Below, in pieces: positions 44,961 to 54,915 of a stretch of DNA of 64,000 nucleotides. A program made the translations under genes and the position numbers. The notes beneath the pieces are model-generated. The model had not been told where the DNA came from and did not search any database. It worked only from the letters and a program-made list of their open reading frames with translations. The DNA comes from Deltaproteobacteria bacterium (GTDB lineage: Bacteria; Myxococcota; JACRCW01): contig JACRCW010000022.1 of NCBI GenBank assembly GCA_016218805.1, positions 1 to 64,000 of the forward strand. Direction: 5' to 3'. The first letter of the stretch is position 1. Each line of letters begins with the position of its first letter.

Positions 44961-45553
44961 CGCGTGCAATCCACGGATGGTGCGGCGCACTCGTGTTGCT
45001 GGCCTGCGCGTGCGCCCACGGTGGCAGCTTTGTCTGGGCGGACCGCGTTCCGGACCGCAGGGTGGATGAGATGGTGATCCGGCACGGTGACCTGGTGCGC
45101 GTGACTGTGGCGCAGCAGGATCAGCTGGGGGTCACCGCGCGGGTGCGGCCTGACGGGCGCATCACCATGCCCCTGTTGACCGACGTGGAGGTGGCCGGCC
45201 TCACGCCCCCCGCTGCGGCCGCCCGCATCCAGGCGGCGCTGGAGGGATTTGTCGTCTCGCCGCGCGTCACCGTGGGCGTGGAGGAGCGCGCGCCGGTCCG
45301 GGTGGCCGTGCTGGGAGCCGTGACCCGGCCCGGCATGTATGACCTGGATGGCTCGCAGGGCGTGCTGCACGCCCTGGCGTCGGCCGGCGGCCTCACAGAG
45401 CTGGCGGATGACGGGGGCATCTTTGTGCTGCGCCCCAACGGTTCCCAGATGCAGCGCGTGCGCTTCTCCCTGGCACTGCTCACCCGGGGCGAGGGCGTGG
45501 GCCACCGGTTCGCGTTCCAACCTGGTGACGTGGTGCTGGTGGAAGAGGAGTAG
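44957..45553 (+). CDS. wza: Short OPX/Wza polysaccharide export lipoprotein (EpsY-like)
   Basis: Lipobox-like LACAC; VRPDGRITMPL PES motif; one SLBB domain; ends GDVVLVEEE without a membrane-spanning helix. Confidence 0.88.
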   Translation: MTRAIHGWCGALVLLACACAHGGSFVWADRVPDRRVDEMVIRHGDLVRVTVAQQDQLGVTARVRPDGRITMPLLTDVEVAGLTPPAAAARIQAALEGFVVSPRVTVGVEERAPVRVAVLGAVTRPGMYDLDGSQGVLHALASAGGLTELADDGGIFVLRPNGSQMQRVRFSLALLTRGEGVGHRFAFQPGDVVLVEEE

Positions 45554-45555
45554 CC

Positions 45556-45570
45556 GTCTCAACTTGAGAC
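45556..45570. promoter_or_regulatory. Palindromic operator / enhancer candidate
   Basis: GTCTCAA-C-TTGAGAC perfect palindrome, 41 nt upstream of a -24/-12 site. Confidence 0.6.
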
Positions 45571-45610
45571 CGGGGAGACCCCGCACCGCAGGTGCGCGTC
45601 CAACGGGGGA

Positions 45611-45626
45611 CGGCCGGCTTCTTGCT
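45611..45626 (+). promoter_or_regulatory. sigma54 promoter candidate
   Basis: CGGCCGGCTTCTTGCT (GG-N10-GC). Confidence 0.55.
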
Positions 45627-45660
45627 GCGTCAGCCAGCAGCAACCACCGCGGACGGCACC

Positions 45661-45831
45661 ATGGCGAAGGTCCTGCTGTTGTCCATCCTGATCGCCAGCT
45701 TTGTCATCCCGTACTCGGCGGCGGGAGAGCCGGATGCGCGCGGCGCGCTCCGCCGGGCGTTGTTGCGGATGGCGCTGTTTGCCGTCGCGTACGGATTGTG
45801 CCTGCGCTTTGTCTACTGGCGCCTGCTGTGA
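45661..45831 (+). CDS. Small two-helix membrane protein (56 aa)
   Basis: MAKVLLLSILIASFVIP...RRALLRMALFAVAYGLCLRFVYWRLL; fills the gap between promoter and response regulator. Confidence 0.65.
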   Translation: MAKVLLLSILIASFVIPYSAAGEPDARGALRRALLRMALFAVAYGLCLRFVYWRLL

Positions 45832-45844
45832 ACCGGAGGGAACC

Positions 45845-46252
45845 ATGGATGACAACACGCTCCCATCCACCAACGCGTCCCGCACGGTGCTGGTGATTGA
45901 CGACGACCTTGACATGCAACGCATGGTGGCGCGGGCCATCACGCTGGCCGGGTTCCGCCCGGCGTGCACCGCGGATGCGCGGGGCGGATTGCGCCTGTTT
46001 CATGAACTGCGTCCGGCCATGGCGTTCCTGGACCTGATGCTGCCGGACCTTTCCGGGCTGGAGATCTGCCGCCGCCTGCGCGCAGAAGGGACCGCCACAC
46101 CGCTGGTGGCCATCTCCACGCGTGACTCGCCGGAGGATGAAGCCAACGTGATGGCCGCGGGATTCAACCTGTTCATCCACAAGCCCATGCGGCTGGAACT
46201 GGTGCGGCGGACGGTGGCCCGGTTCCTGGGCCCCGCGCCGGGAGGCCCGTGA
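45845..46252 (+). CDS. Single-domain response regulator (EpsW-like position)
   Basis: VLVIDDD, FLDLMLP, HKP; GGAGG RBS. Confidence 0.88.
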   Translation: MDDNTLPSTNASRTVLVIDDDLDMQRMVARAITLAGFRPACTADARGGLRLFHELRPAMAFLDLMLPDLSGLEICRRLRAEGTATPLVAISTRDSPEDEANVMAAGFNLFIHKPMRLELVRRTVARFLGPAPGGP

Positions 46253-47784
46253 TGAGCCCCGGTGATCTGCAGGATCCGGCGCAGCCACTGCTGGACATGC
46301 GGCAGACGCGGGAGCTGCTGGGCTACGCCGCTGCCTCGCTGTACCGGCACCGCCGGCAAATCCTGATCATTACGCTGGTGGCCACCGCGCTGAGCGTGCC
46401 CGCGCTGCTGTACACGCCGCGCACCTTCACCACCACGGCGCGCGTGACCGCCCGCCGGGAAGTGGTCATGGCCGCGCTGGCACATCCGCGCCGTTCCATG
46501 CCGTTCTACGCGGACAACCCGGCGCACCACGCCCCGGAGATGACCCTGCGGGATGACCACCTGCGTGAGTTGATTCGCCGCATTGACCTGGCCCGCACCT
46601 TCCGGGAGCGGCGGCCACCGGTCCTGCAGTTCAAGGACTGGCTGGTGGACGCGGTGATGGGCCCGCCCACGGACGCGGAACTTGAGAAGGCGTTGATGGG
46701 CGCCATTGAGCGCAACGTGCAGGCGTCCTCCAACAACGAGATTGTCACCATCACCGGCACCTGGCGTGACCCGGTGACCGCCGCCGAGTTGGTGGACACG
46801 CTCAAACAGTTGTTCATGGAAGAGCGGCGGCGCCTGGAGGTGGAGCCCATCCTGGAAGCGGTGAAGCTGCTGGACGAGGAGGTCCGCAAAGCGGGCGTGG
46901 CGGTGGACATGGCGTTTGCGGAACTGCGGATCCTGCACGCGGCCGACCGGGCCGAGAACCGCCGCCAAGCCCGCCGCCTGCGCGCCGAGGTGGAGGCAGA
47001 GCGGCTGGCCCTGTTCCGCCAGGAACAGGCCGCCCGTGAAGCGCACCGCGTGCAATACGAGCAATACACCAACCTGCAATCCCAGTTGATTGCCAAGCGG
47101 CGCTCCATCGCGGAGCTGGAGGGGGAACGGACGCGCCAGACCCAGGAGCTGCGCAAGCAGCTGGTGTCCTTGGAGGCGCGCCTGGGCGAACGGCACCCGC
47201 AGCGCCAGGCCGTTCAGCGCGACCTGGAAACGCTGCAGGCCGGCATTCCGGAGGTGGCCGTGCTCAAGCGCGAAGAGGAGGAGCTGGCGGAGGCGTTTGC
47301 CAGGATGGGAGGGCATGAGACGGGGAGCGACCGGACCAACGCCCGCCCCATCCCGCCCCCGCCGCCGCCCATGCTCACCGCGGCGCTGTCCGTGCAGGAC
47401 CCCGCGGCCGGCGCGCTGCTGGGCCGCGCCAGCGAGGACGAGGATGAGGCCGTGGTCCACAAGCGCACGGAGCTGCGCATGCTGGTGGACCGCTCACAGG
47501 ACCTGCAGGAGCGGCTGCTGGGGGCGCGGATTGAGCAGCGCGTGGCGGAAGACGCGTTCCGCTTCCGCTACTACGTGCTGCAGGAGCCCGACCCGCCGCG
47601 CCGACCCGACCGGCTGCAGCCCTACGTCATGCTGCTGGGCGGCTTTTTCAGCGGGCTGCTGCTGGGCATCTTTTCCGCGTTGGCGCGGGACATCCTCAGC
47701 GGGCGCATCTTCCAGGCGTGGCAGGTGGACCGCTTCCTGGGCCTGCGCCTGGTGGGCAACGTGGACCTTCCTCCGTTGGCGTGA
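46249..47784 (+). CDS. wzc: Polysaccharide co-polymerase (Wzc/EpsV-like, no kinase domain)
   Basis: Two TM helices flanking a long coiled coil with GERHP; Pro-rich motif before TM2; short cytoplasmic tail without a Tyr cluster. Confidence 0.82.
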   Translation: MMSPGDLQDPAQPLLDMRQTRELLGYAAASLYRHRRQILIITLVATALSVPALLYTPRTFTTTARVTARREVVMAALAHPRRSMPFYADNPAHHAPEMTLRDDHLRELIRRIDLARTFRERRPPVLQFKDWLVDAVMGPPTDAELEKALMGAIERNVQASSNNEIVTITGTWRDPVTAAELVDTLKQLFMEERRRLEVEPILEAVKLLDEEVRKAGVAVDMAFAELRILHAADRAENRRQARRLRAEVEAERLALFRQEQAAREAHRVQYEQYTNLQSQLIAKRRSIAELEGERTRQTQELRKQLVSLEARLGERHPQRQAVQRDLETLQAGIPEVAVLKREEEELAEAFARMGGHETGSDRTNARPIPPPPPPMLTAALSVQDPAAGALLGRASEDEDEAVVHKRTELRMLVDRSQDLQERLLGARIEQRVAEDAFRFRYYVLQEPDPPRRPDRLQPYVMLLGGFFSGLLLGIFSALARDILSGRIFQAWQVDRFLGLRLVGNVDLPPLA

Positions 47785-47792
47785 GCCGGACT

Positions 47793-47808
47793 TGGCCCGC
47801 CGTTCGCT
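47793..47808 (+). promoter_or_regulatory. sigma54 promoter candidate
   Basis: TGGCCCGCCGTTCGCT, intergenic. Confidence 0.55.
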
Positions 47809-47847
47809 AGTTCTTTGTGCGCCGCACCGGCGCGCGGGGCGGACCAC

Positions 47848-49053
47848 ATGGGTGCGCACATGATGGTGTCGCTCAACCTGACTCTCATTGTTCTGGCAGT
47901 GCCCGTGCTCCTGCTGGCCCTCTACCTGGCGGTGCTGGCCGCCGCGTCCCGGCAGGCCCGCGCACTGCCCCCGGGTTTTCCGCGGCTGCAGTTCACGTTC
48001 CTGGTGCCCGCGCATGACGAGGAGAAGGTCCTGGCGCGCACGCTGGAGAGCCTGTTTGCGGTGAACTGGCCGCACAACATGTTCCGCGTCCACGTCGTTG
48101 CGGACAACTGCACGGACCGCACGGCGGACATTGCCCGCCGTGCCGGCGCGTCCGTCACGGAGCGGTTTGACGCCGGGCGGCGCGGCAAGGGGCACGCCCT
48201 GGCGGCGGGCTTTGCCCACTGCCTGGCGGACCCGTTTGCGGACGCGGTGATTGTCATTGATGCGGACAGCACGGTGGACGCGGACTTCCTGGTTGCCATG
48301 CAGGCCCACGTGGAGTCCGGCGAACAGGTGGTGCAGGCGCGGTACGGCGTGCTGAACGCCGGTGCGGGCTGGCGCGCGCGCCTGATGGACATTGCGCTGG
48401 CGCTGTTCCACGACGTGCGTTCGTGCGGACGGGAGGTGCTGGGACTCAGCAGCGGCCTGCGCGGCAACGGCATGTGTTTCACACGTGAGGCGCTGAACCG
48501 GCTCCCGCCACAGTCCACCTCCATTGTGGAGGATGTGGAGCAGGGGATCCTGCTGGGGCGGGCCGGCGTGACGGTGCACTACGCCCTGGAAACCCGCGTG
48601 CTGGGCGAGATGCCGCGGCAGGCCGCCGCGGCGGGCACGCAGCGCATGCGGTGGGAGAGCGGGCGCGCACAACTGCGCCGGCGCTGGCTGGCCACACTGG
48701 TGGCCCAGGCGTGGCGTGAGCGCAGTGCGGTGCTGGCGGACCTGGCGCTGGACCTTGCCATGCCGCCGCTGTCGTCGCTGGCGCTGATCATCCTGGCCGG
48801 TTGGCTGGCGGCCTCCGCGGTGGCGCTGCGCGGTGGGGGCCCCGGGGCCTGGGAGACCTGGTCCGCCGCGGCGCTGTTGTTGCTGCTGTACGTCGCGCGC
48901 GGAGTGGACGCCACGGGGCGCGGCTGGCGCGCGTGGCTGGACCTGGGCGCGGCACCGCTGTTTGTGGCTTGGAAACTGGCGCTGCGCCTGCGCCACCGCG
49001 GCCCCGCCGCGCTTCCGTGGGTCCGCACGGCGCGGGCAGGAGAGCGCTCATGA
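47848..49053 (+). CDS. GT2 glycosyltransferase, membrane-associated
   Basis: VPAHDEE, VADNCTD, GKGHAL, IDADS, VED, QRMRW. Confidence 0.92.
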   Translation: MGAHMMVSLNLTLIVLAVPVLLLALYLAVLAAASRQARALPPGFPRLQFTFLVPAHDEEKVLARTLESLFAVNWPHNMFRVHVVADNCTDRTADIARRAGASVTERFDAGRRGKGHALAAGFAHCLADPFADAVIVIDADSTVDADFLVAMQAHVESGEQVVQARYGVLNAGAGWRARLMDIALALFHDVRSCGREVLGLSSGLRGNGMCFTREALNRLPPQSTSIVEDVEQGILLGRAGVTVHYALETRVLGEMPRQAAAAGTQRMRWESGRAQLRRRWLATLVAQAWRERSAVLADLALDLAMPPLSSLALIILAGWLAASAVALRGGGPGAWETWSAAALLLLLYVARGVDATGRGWRAWLDLGAAPLFVAWKLALRLRHRGPAALPWVRTARAGERS

Positions 49054-49592
49054 TCACCGAGTTGTTGCGTGACCTGGAGGAACTGGCCGTGGCCGCATCA
49101 TCACCCGGGCGCCGCGCCACGCGCCTGGCGGTGCTGACCCGCACGGACTCCATCCCCATTCTCTGGCTGCACCGCCTCCCGCGCACCCGCTTGGGGCGGC
49201 GCATCCCGCTGTTGCGGTGGGCCACGCGCCGCATGCTGGCCATGGTGTACGGCATGGAACTGGGCGCGGACGTGCAGCTGGGACCGGGCGTGTTCTTTGT
49301 GCACCCCCAGGGGATCATTGTGGGCGGGGACGCGCGCGTGGGCGCGCGGGTGCGCTTCTACGGGGACAACACCGTGGGCACGGCCAAGGACAACGGCTAC
49401 CCCGTCATTGACGAGGACGTCCGCATCGGCTGTGGGGCGCGCGTGCTGGGGCCGGTGCACATCGGCGCGCGCGCGGTCATTGGCGCCAACGCGGTGGTGC
49501 TGTCAGACGTTCCGCCCGACCAGGTGGTGGCGGGCGTTCCCGCCCGCGTGGTGGGCCAGGCCGGCGCGGCGGCGGCCGGGAGGCCCGCATGA
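49050..49592 (+). CDS. Serine-acetyltransferase-like LbH protein
   Basis: FFVHPQGIIVG, YPVIDEDVRIG, IGANAVVLSDVP, GVPAR. Confidence 0.88.
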   Translation: MITELLRDLEELAVAASSPGRRATRLAVLTRTDSIPILWLHRLPRTRLGRRIPLLRWATRRMLAMVYGMELGADVQLGPGVFFVHPQGIIVGGDARVGARVRFYGDNTVGTAKDNGYPVIDEDVRIGCGARVLGPVHIGARAVIGANAVVLSDVPPDQVVAGVPARVVGQAGAAAAGRPA

Positions 49593-50092
49593 ACGACGAC
49601 ACGATGCTGATGAAGCCCCTGCAGGTCGGGCTTGAACCGGGGCCCCCGGTGCGAACCGCCACCACCACGTTCGTGCGCGCGGAGCCGGGCCACCTGGTGC
49701 ACTGGCAGTCACTCTGGGTATCGCTGGTGGACCATCACTGGGCCACGCTGGCCGTGGTGCCCGTGGGACCGTGGCCCCGTGGCTCTGAGGTCACTGGACG
49801 CCTGGTGGATGCGGCCCGTTCCATGTGCCAGGCCGCCTTCTCCGTTGAGGATCCCAGCAACGTTCCCGATGAGGTGGGGCGCGCCATCCTACCGCTGACC
49901 TCCCCGCTGCTGGCACCTGCGTCGGCGCTGGTGGCACGCAACGTGGACGCCGCGCTGCTGGTCGTGTCGCTGGGCCGGGACACGTTGAGCAACGCGCGGG
50001 CGGTGCGGGACCTCATCGGACCGGAAAAGTTCGTGGGCTGTCTGGTCGTGCGCGAAGGCGACCTGGAGCGGGAACCATGGGAATCGCGCTGA
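49589..50092 (+). CDS. Truncated BY-kinase-like protein (WzeX-like pseudokinase)
   Basis: C-terminal VARNVDAALLVVSLGRD...IG..FVGCLV matches the BY-kinase/MinD tail; no GK[ST] Walker A. Confidence 0.6.
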   Translation: MNDDTMLMKPLQVGLEPGPPVRTATTTFVRAEPGHLVHWQSLWVSLVDHHWATLAVVPVGPWPRGSEVTGRLVDAARSMCQAAFSVEDPSNVPDEVGRAILPLTSPLLAPASALVARNVDAALLVVSLGRDTLSNARAVRDLIGPEKFVGCLVVREGDLEREPWESR

Positions 50093-51675
50093 GCGTGGTG
50101 GTGGTGACGCGGGACCGTTGGCAGGCGCTGGAGCGGCTGCTGGCGGACCTGGCGCAACAGGAGCTGCCGGGGGCCGGGTTTGAGGTGGTCATCGTGGATG
50201 ACGGTTCCGTGCCGCCGGTGCGCCCGCGGCTGGAAGGGCTGACGCCGCCCTACGGGCTGAAGGTGCTGGCGCAGACCCGCGCGGGCCGCGCGGCCGGGCG
50301 CCGGCGCGGTGTGCTGGCGGCGGAGGGGGAAACAGTCCTGTTGCTGGATGATGACCTGCGGCTGCGCCCCGGATTCCTGGCCGCCCACCTGCGCGCGCAT
50401 GACCAGCGCCCTCGCGCCGTGGTGACCGGTGTCGTCGTTGCTGAGCCGGGAGCAGGCAACCTGCCGCTGGTGGAACGCGCGCGCGTGACGGCGCACCGCA
50501 ACCGCCGGCAGGCGCATGGCGGGCACCTGTGCCCGGACAACTTCTCCCTGCGCCGTGACGACTACCTGGCCCTGGGCGAACCGGACGCGGCCCCGCGGGA
50601 TGCCCTGGAGCGCGCCGTGGGTATCCGCCTGGAGCAACAGGGCGTGCCGCTGGTTGTTGTCCAGGATGCCACTGCGTACCGCGATCCGGTCCCGCTGGAT
50701 GCGGAGGCCTGGGTGGACGCCGCACGGCGCGCGGGTGCCGACGATCTCCGGGTGCACCGGGAACTGGCCGGCGCTGACGACACGGCACCGTGGCGCCTGG
50801 CGTGCGACTCCGCCGGGTGGGTGCGGCCGCTGTTGTGGCTTGCCGCCGCGCGCCCGGACGCCGGCGCCGCCCTCACGCGCGGGACGCTGGCCGCGGCCGC
50901 CGCGGCGGACGTGCCCCTGCTGCACCCGCTGGCCGAATGGCTGGCCACGGTAGCCCACGGCACCGGCTACTTTTGCGGCGCGGGCGAGGCGGCCGGGTCA
51001 CTGGGTCCGGTGTTGCGCGGGCTGGCCGCGGAGACGGCGCGGCGTGGCACAACCGAGCGCGCGGGGGTGGGGCTCAAGGCGGCGGCGGACTTCCTGGACG
51101 CCACGCACCAGGACTTTGCCCAGGCGTGTTTCTACCGGGACCGCTACCACGCGGATGCCAAGCGCCCGGCAGACGTTGGCCGCGCACTGGTGGAGCAGAT
51201 TGGATTCCAGATGATGACCGCCGTGCGCCTGATGCAGTTCGCGCGCAACGCCGGGTGGCCGCTGGGGGCGCGCGTGTGTTCGCGCCTCATCCGGCACCTG
51301 TACGGCGCGGAGATTCACTGGGACACCGTGCTGGAACCGGGCGTGTGCGTGGTGCACGGGCTGGGACTGGTCCTGGGTCACCAGGCGCGCGTGGACGCGG
51401 GATGCATCCTGTTCCACAACGTCACGCTCGGCGAAGCCCTGCACCCGGACACCCAGGCGCGCGGGAGTCCGCACCTGGAGCGAGGGGTCCACGTGGGACC
51501 CGGAGCCACGCTGCTGGGGCCCATCACCATCGGGGAAGGCAGCAAGATCGCGGCGGGCTGCGTGGTGACGCGCTCCGTCCCGCCGGGCGCGCGCGTGCTG
51601 CCGGCGGAAGTGGTGCTGGCCCGGCGCCGGCCGCCGCCCACACATCCCGGTACGCCGCCCACGGCGCACGCCTGA
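50077..51675 (+). CDS. GT2 glycosyltransferase fused to a serine-acetyltransferase-like domain
   Basis: N-terminal SVVVVTRDR, VDDGS, LDDD; C-terminal VHGLGLVLGH, FHNVTLG, GPITIGEGSKI; a single ORF. Confidence 0.82.
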   Translation: MGIALSVVVVTRDRWQALERLLADLAQQELPGAGFEVVIVDDGSVPPVRPRLEGLTPPYGLKVLAQTRAGRAAGRRRGVLAAEGETVLLLDDDLRLRPGFLAAHLRAHDQRPRAVVTGVVVAEPGAGNLPLVERARVTAHRNRRQAHGGHLCPDNFSLRRDDYLALGEPDAAPRDALERAVGIRLEQQGVPLVVVQDATAYRDPVPLDAEAWVDAARRAGADDLRVHRELAGADDTAPWRLACDSAGWVRPLLWLAAARPDAGAALTRGTLAAAAAADVPLLHPLAEWLATVAHGTGYFCGAGEAAGSLGPVLRGLAAETARRGTTERAGVGLKAAADFLDATHQDFAQACFYRDRYHADAKRPADVGRALVEQIGFQMMTAVRLMQFARNAGWPLGARVCSRLIRHLYGAEIHWDTVLEPGVCVVHGLGLVLGHQARVDAGCILFHNVTLGEALHPDTQARGSPHLERGVHVGPGATLLGPITIGEGSKIAAGCVVTRSVPPGARVLPAEVVLARRRPPPTHPGTPPTAHA

Positions 51676-51682
51676 AGAGCCG

Positions 51683-53137
<1,455 letters not shown>

Positions 53138-53215
53138 AGCGCAGAGACCTCCCGAAGTATGCACAAAGGTTCGCACGGCGCTTGCAGGTCATGGACGGGA
53201 CACCCTGGGGGTTCC

Positions 53216-54901
53216 ATGTCCGCCTTTTTCCGCGCAACTGCCCTGCTGGTGGCCTGTGCCGGTGCCGCGGGCGTGGCGCTGGTCCCGCCGCGGCGCGCCG
53301 ACGTCCAGTGGCGCGTGGACGGGAGCGCCAGGGAGCCCATCTCGCGCTACATCTATGGCCTCAACTTTGCGGAATCCCGCTCTGCCTGGGGCGCAGACGT
53401 CCCGCGCGGCATCACCTTGAGCAGGATGGGTGGCAACCGTCTCAGCGCGTACAACTGGGAGACCAACGCGTCCAACTGCGGCAACGACTGCAACGCCAAC
53501 TTCAACAACGACGGCTACCTGGGCGGCGGCGCCGTGCCCGGCGAGGCGGTGCGCAGCCGCGCCGCATGGGCCGCGTCCCACGGCGCGGCGTTCCTGGCCA
53601 CCGTGCCCATGCTGGGCTTTGTGGCGGGGGACAGCGCGGGGGCCATGAGCCTGGCCACGCCGGTGACGGCACGCCGGGCCAACCGGTTCGTCATCTCACG
53701 CGCGCGCAAGGGCGCGCCCCCAGCGGCGGTCCCCAACGTGCGTGACGGTCTGGTCCACCAGGATGAATTCGTGGCATTCCTGGAGCGGGCCTTTCCCGCG
53801 GCGGAACGTCGGGCGGAGACGCCGCTGTGGTACTCGCTGGACAACGAGCCGGATATCTGGGGTTCCACGCACGAGGCAATTCGGGGCAATTGCGCGGGTC
53901 CGGGGCGTTGCGTGTTGACGGGCTATGACGAACTGGCCGACCTGGGCATTGAATACGCATCCGCGGTGAAGGGCGTGGCGCCCGCCGCGCTGGTGTTTGG
54001 CCCCGTGCTCACCAACTGGAACGGGTTCACCAACCTGTTTCATAACGACACGCCGGACCCCGCCGGCCGGCAGTTCTACCTGGCGTACTACCTGAACCGG
54101 ATGCGCGCGGCGGAACAGGCCGCCGGGCGCCGCCTGCTGGATGTGCTGGACGTGCACTGGTACGCGGAGGCGGTCAGCGCGCGCTCCCAGTCAGTGGCCA
54201 ATGAATGGGCGGAGCAGGATGAGGACATGATCCAGGCCCGCGTGCAGGCGCCGCGTTCCCTGTGGGATCCCGGCTACCGCGAGCGCAGCTGGGTGACCCG
54301 GGTGACGTTGGGACCCATCCGGCTGATCCCCCGGCTGCGCGAGCTGATTGCCCAGCATTACCCGGGAACGCGCATTGCGATTACCGAGTATTTCTACCAC
54401 CGGGGCGGAGACATCTCCGGCGCGCTGGCCCAGGCGGACGCCCTGGGCATCTTCGGGCGGGAGGGTGTGTTCGCGGCCACGTTGTGGCCCCAGGGTTCGC
54501 GCTGGGCATACAAGGGTAACCTGGAACAGAGCTACGCGTGCGTGTTTGCCGCGTTCCGCGCCTTCCGTGACTATGACGGGCACGGGGCCGCGTTCGGCGA
54601 TATCTCGCTGGGCACCACGAATCCCGACGTGGAGCGCACCAGCGTCTACGCCAGTGTGGATGCCGCCCAACCCCGGCGCATGGTGGTGGTGGCGCTCAAC
54701 AAGTCAGCCGCGGATGTGGCGGCAAAGGTCACGCTGGCCAACGCGCCCGCCGTGGAAGCCGCCGCGGCGTGGCGCGTGACCGGCACCGTGGGGCGTTGCA
54801 CGGGACCGGTGGCCGTGACGCCGGACCCCGTCGTCTCGCAGGACACCGTTGCGCTGACGCTTCCCCCGCTCAGCATCACCACGCTGGTGCTCAATCCGTA
54901 A
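53216..54901 (+). CDS. Secreted glycoside hydrolase family 44
   Basis: Signal peptide; RMGGNRLSAYNWE, LDNEPDIW, LLDVLDVHWY, IAITEY. Confidence 0.85.
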   Translation: MSAFFRATALLVACAGAAGVALVPPRRADVQWRVDGSAREPISRYIYGLNFAESRSAWGADVPRGITLSRMGGNRLSAYNWETNASNCGNDCNANFNNDGYLGGGAVPGEAVRSRAAWAASHGAAFLATVPMLGFVAGDSAGAMSLATPVTARRANRFVISRARKGAPPAAVPNVRDGLVHQDEFVAFLERAFPAAERRAETPLWYSLDNEPDIWGSTHEAIRGNCAGPGRCVLTGYDELADLGIEYASAVKGVAPAALVFGPVLTNWNGFTNLFHNDTPDPAGRQFYLAYYLNRMRAAEQAAGRRLLDVLDVHWYAEAVSARSQSVANEWAEQDEDMIQARVQAPRSLWDPGYRERSWVTRVTLGPIRLIPRLRELIAQHYPGTRIAITEYFYHRGGDISGALAQADALGIFGREGVFAATLWPQGSRWAYKGNLEQSYACVFAAFRAFRDYDGHGAAFGDISLGTTNPDVERTSVYASVDAAQPRRMVVVALNKSAADVAAKVTLANAPAVEAAAAWRVTGTVGRCTGPVAVTPDPVVSQDTVALTLPPLSITTLVLNP

Positions 54902-54915
54902 ACGCGTGCCGGCTT

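Noticed and set aside
53171..53186. TCGCACGGCGCTTGCA before the GH44 gene (and GAGCACTGACCTTGCA at 33366) as sigma54 promoters
   Set aside because: Well placed, but lacking the near-invariant GG at -24; not called.
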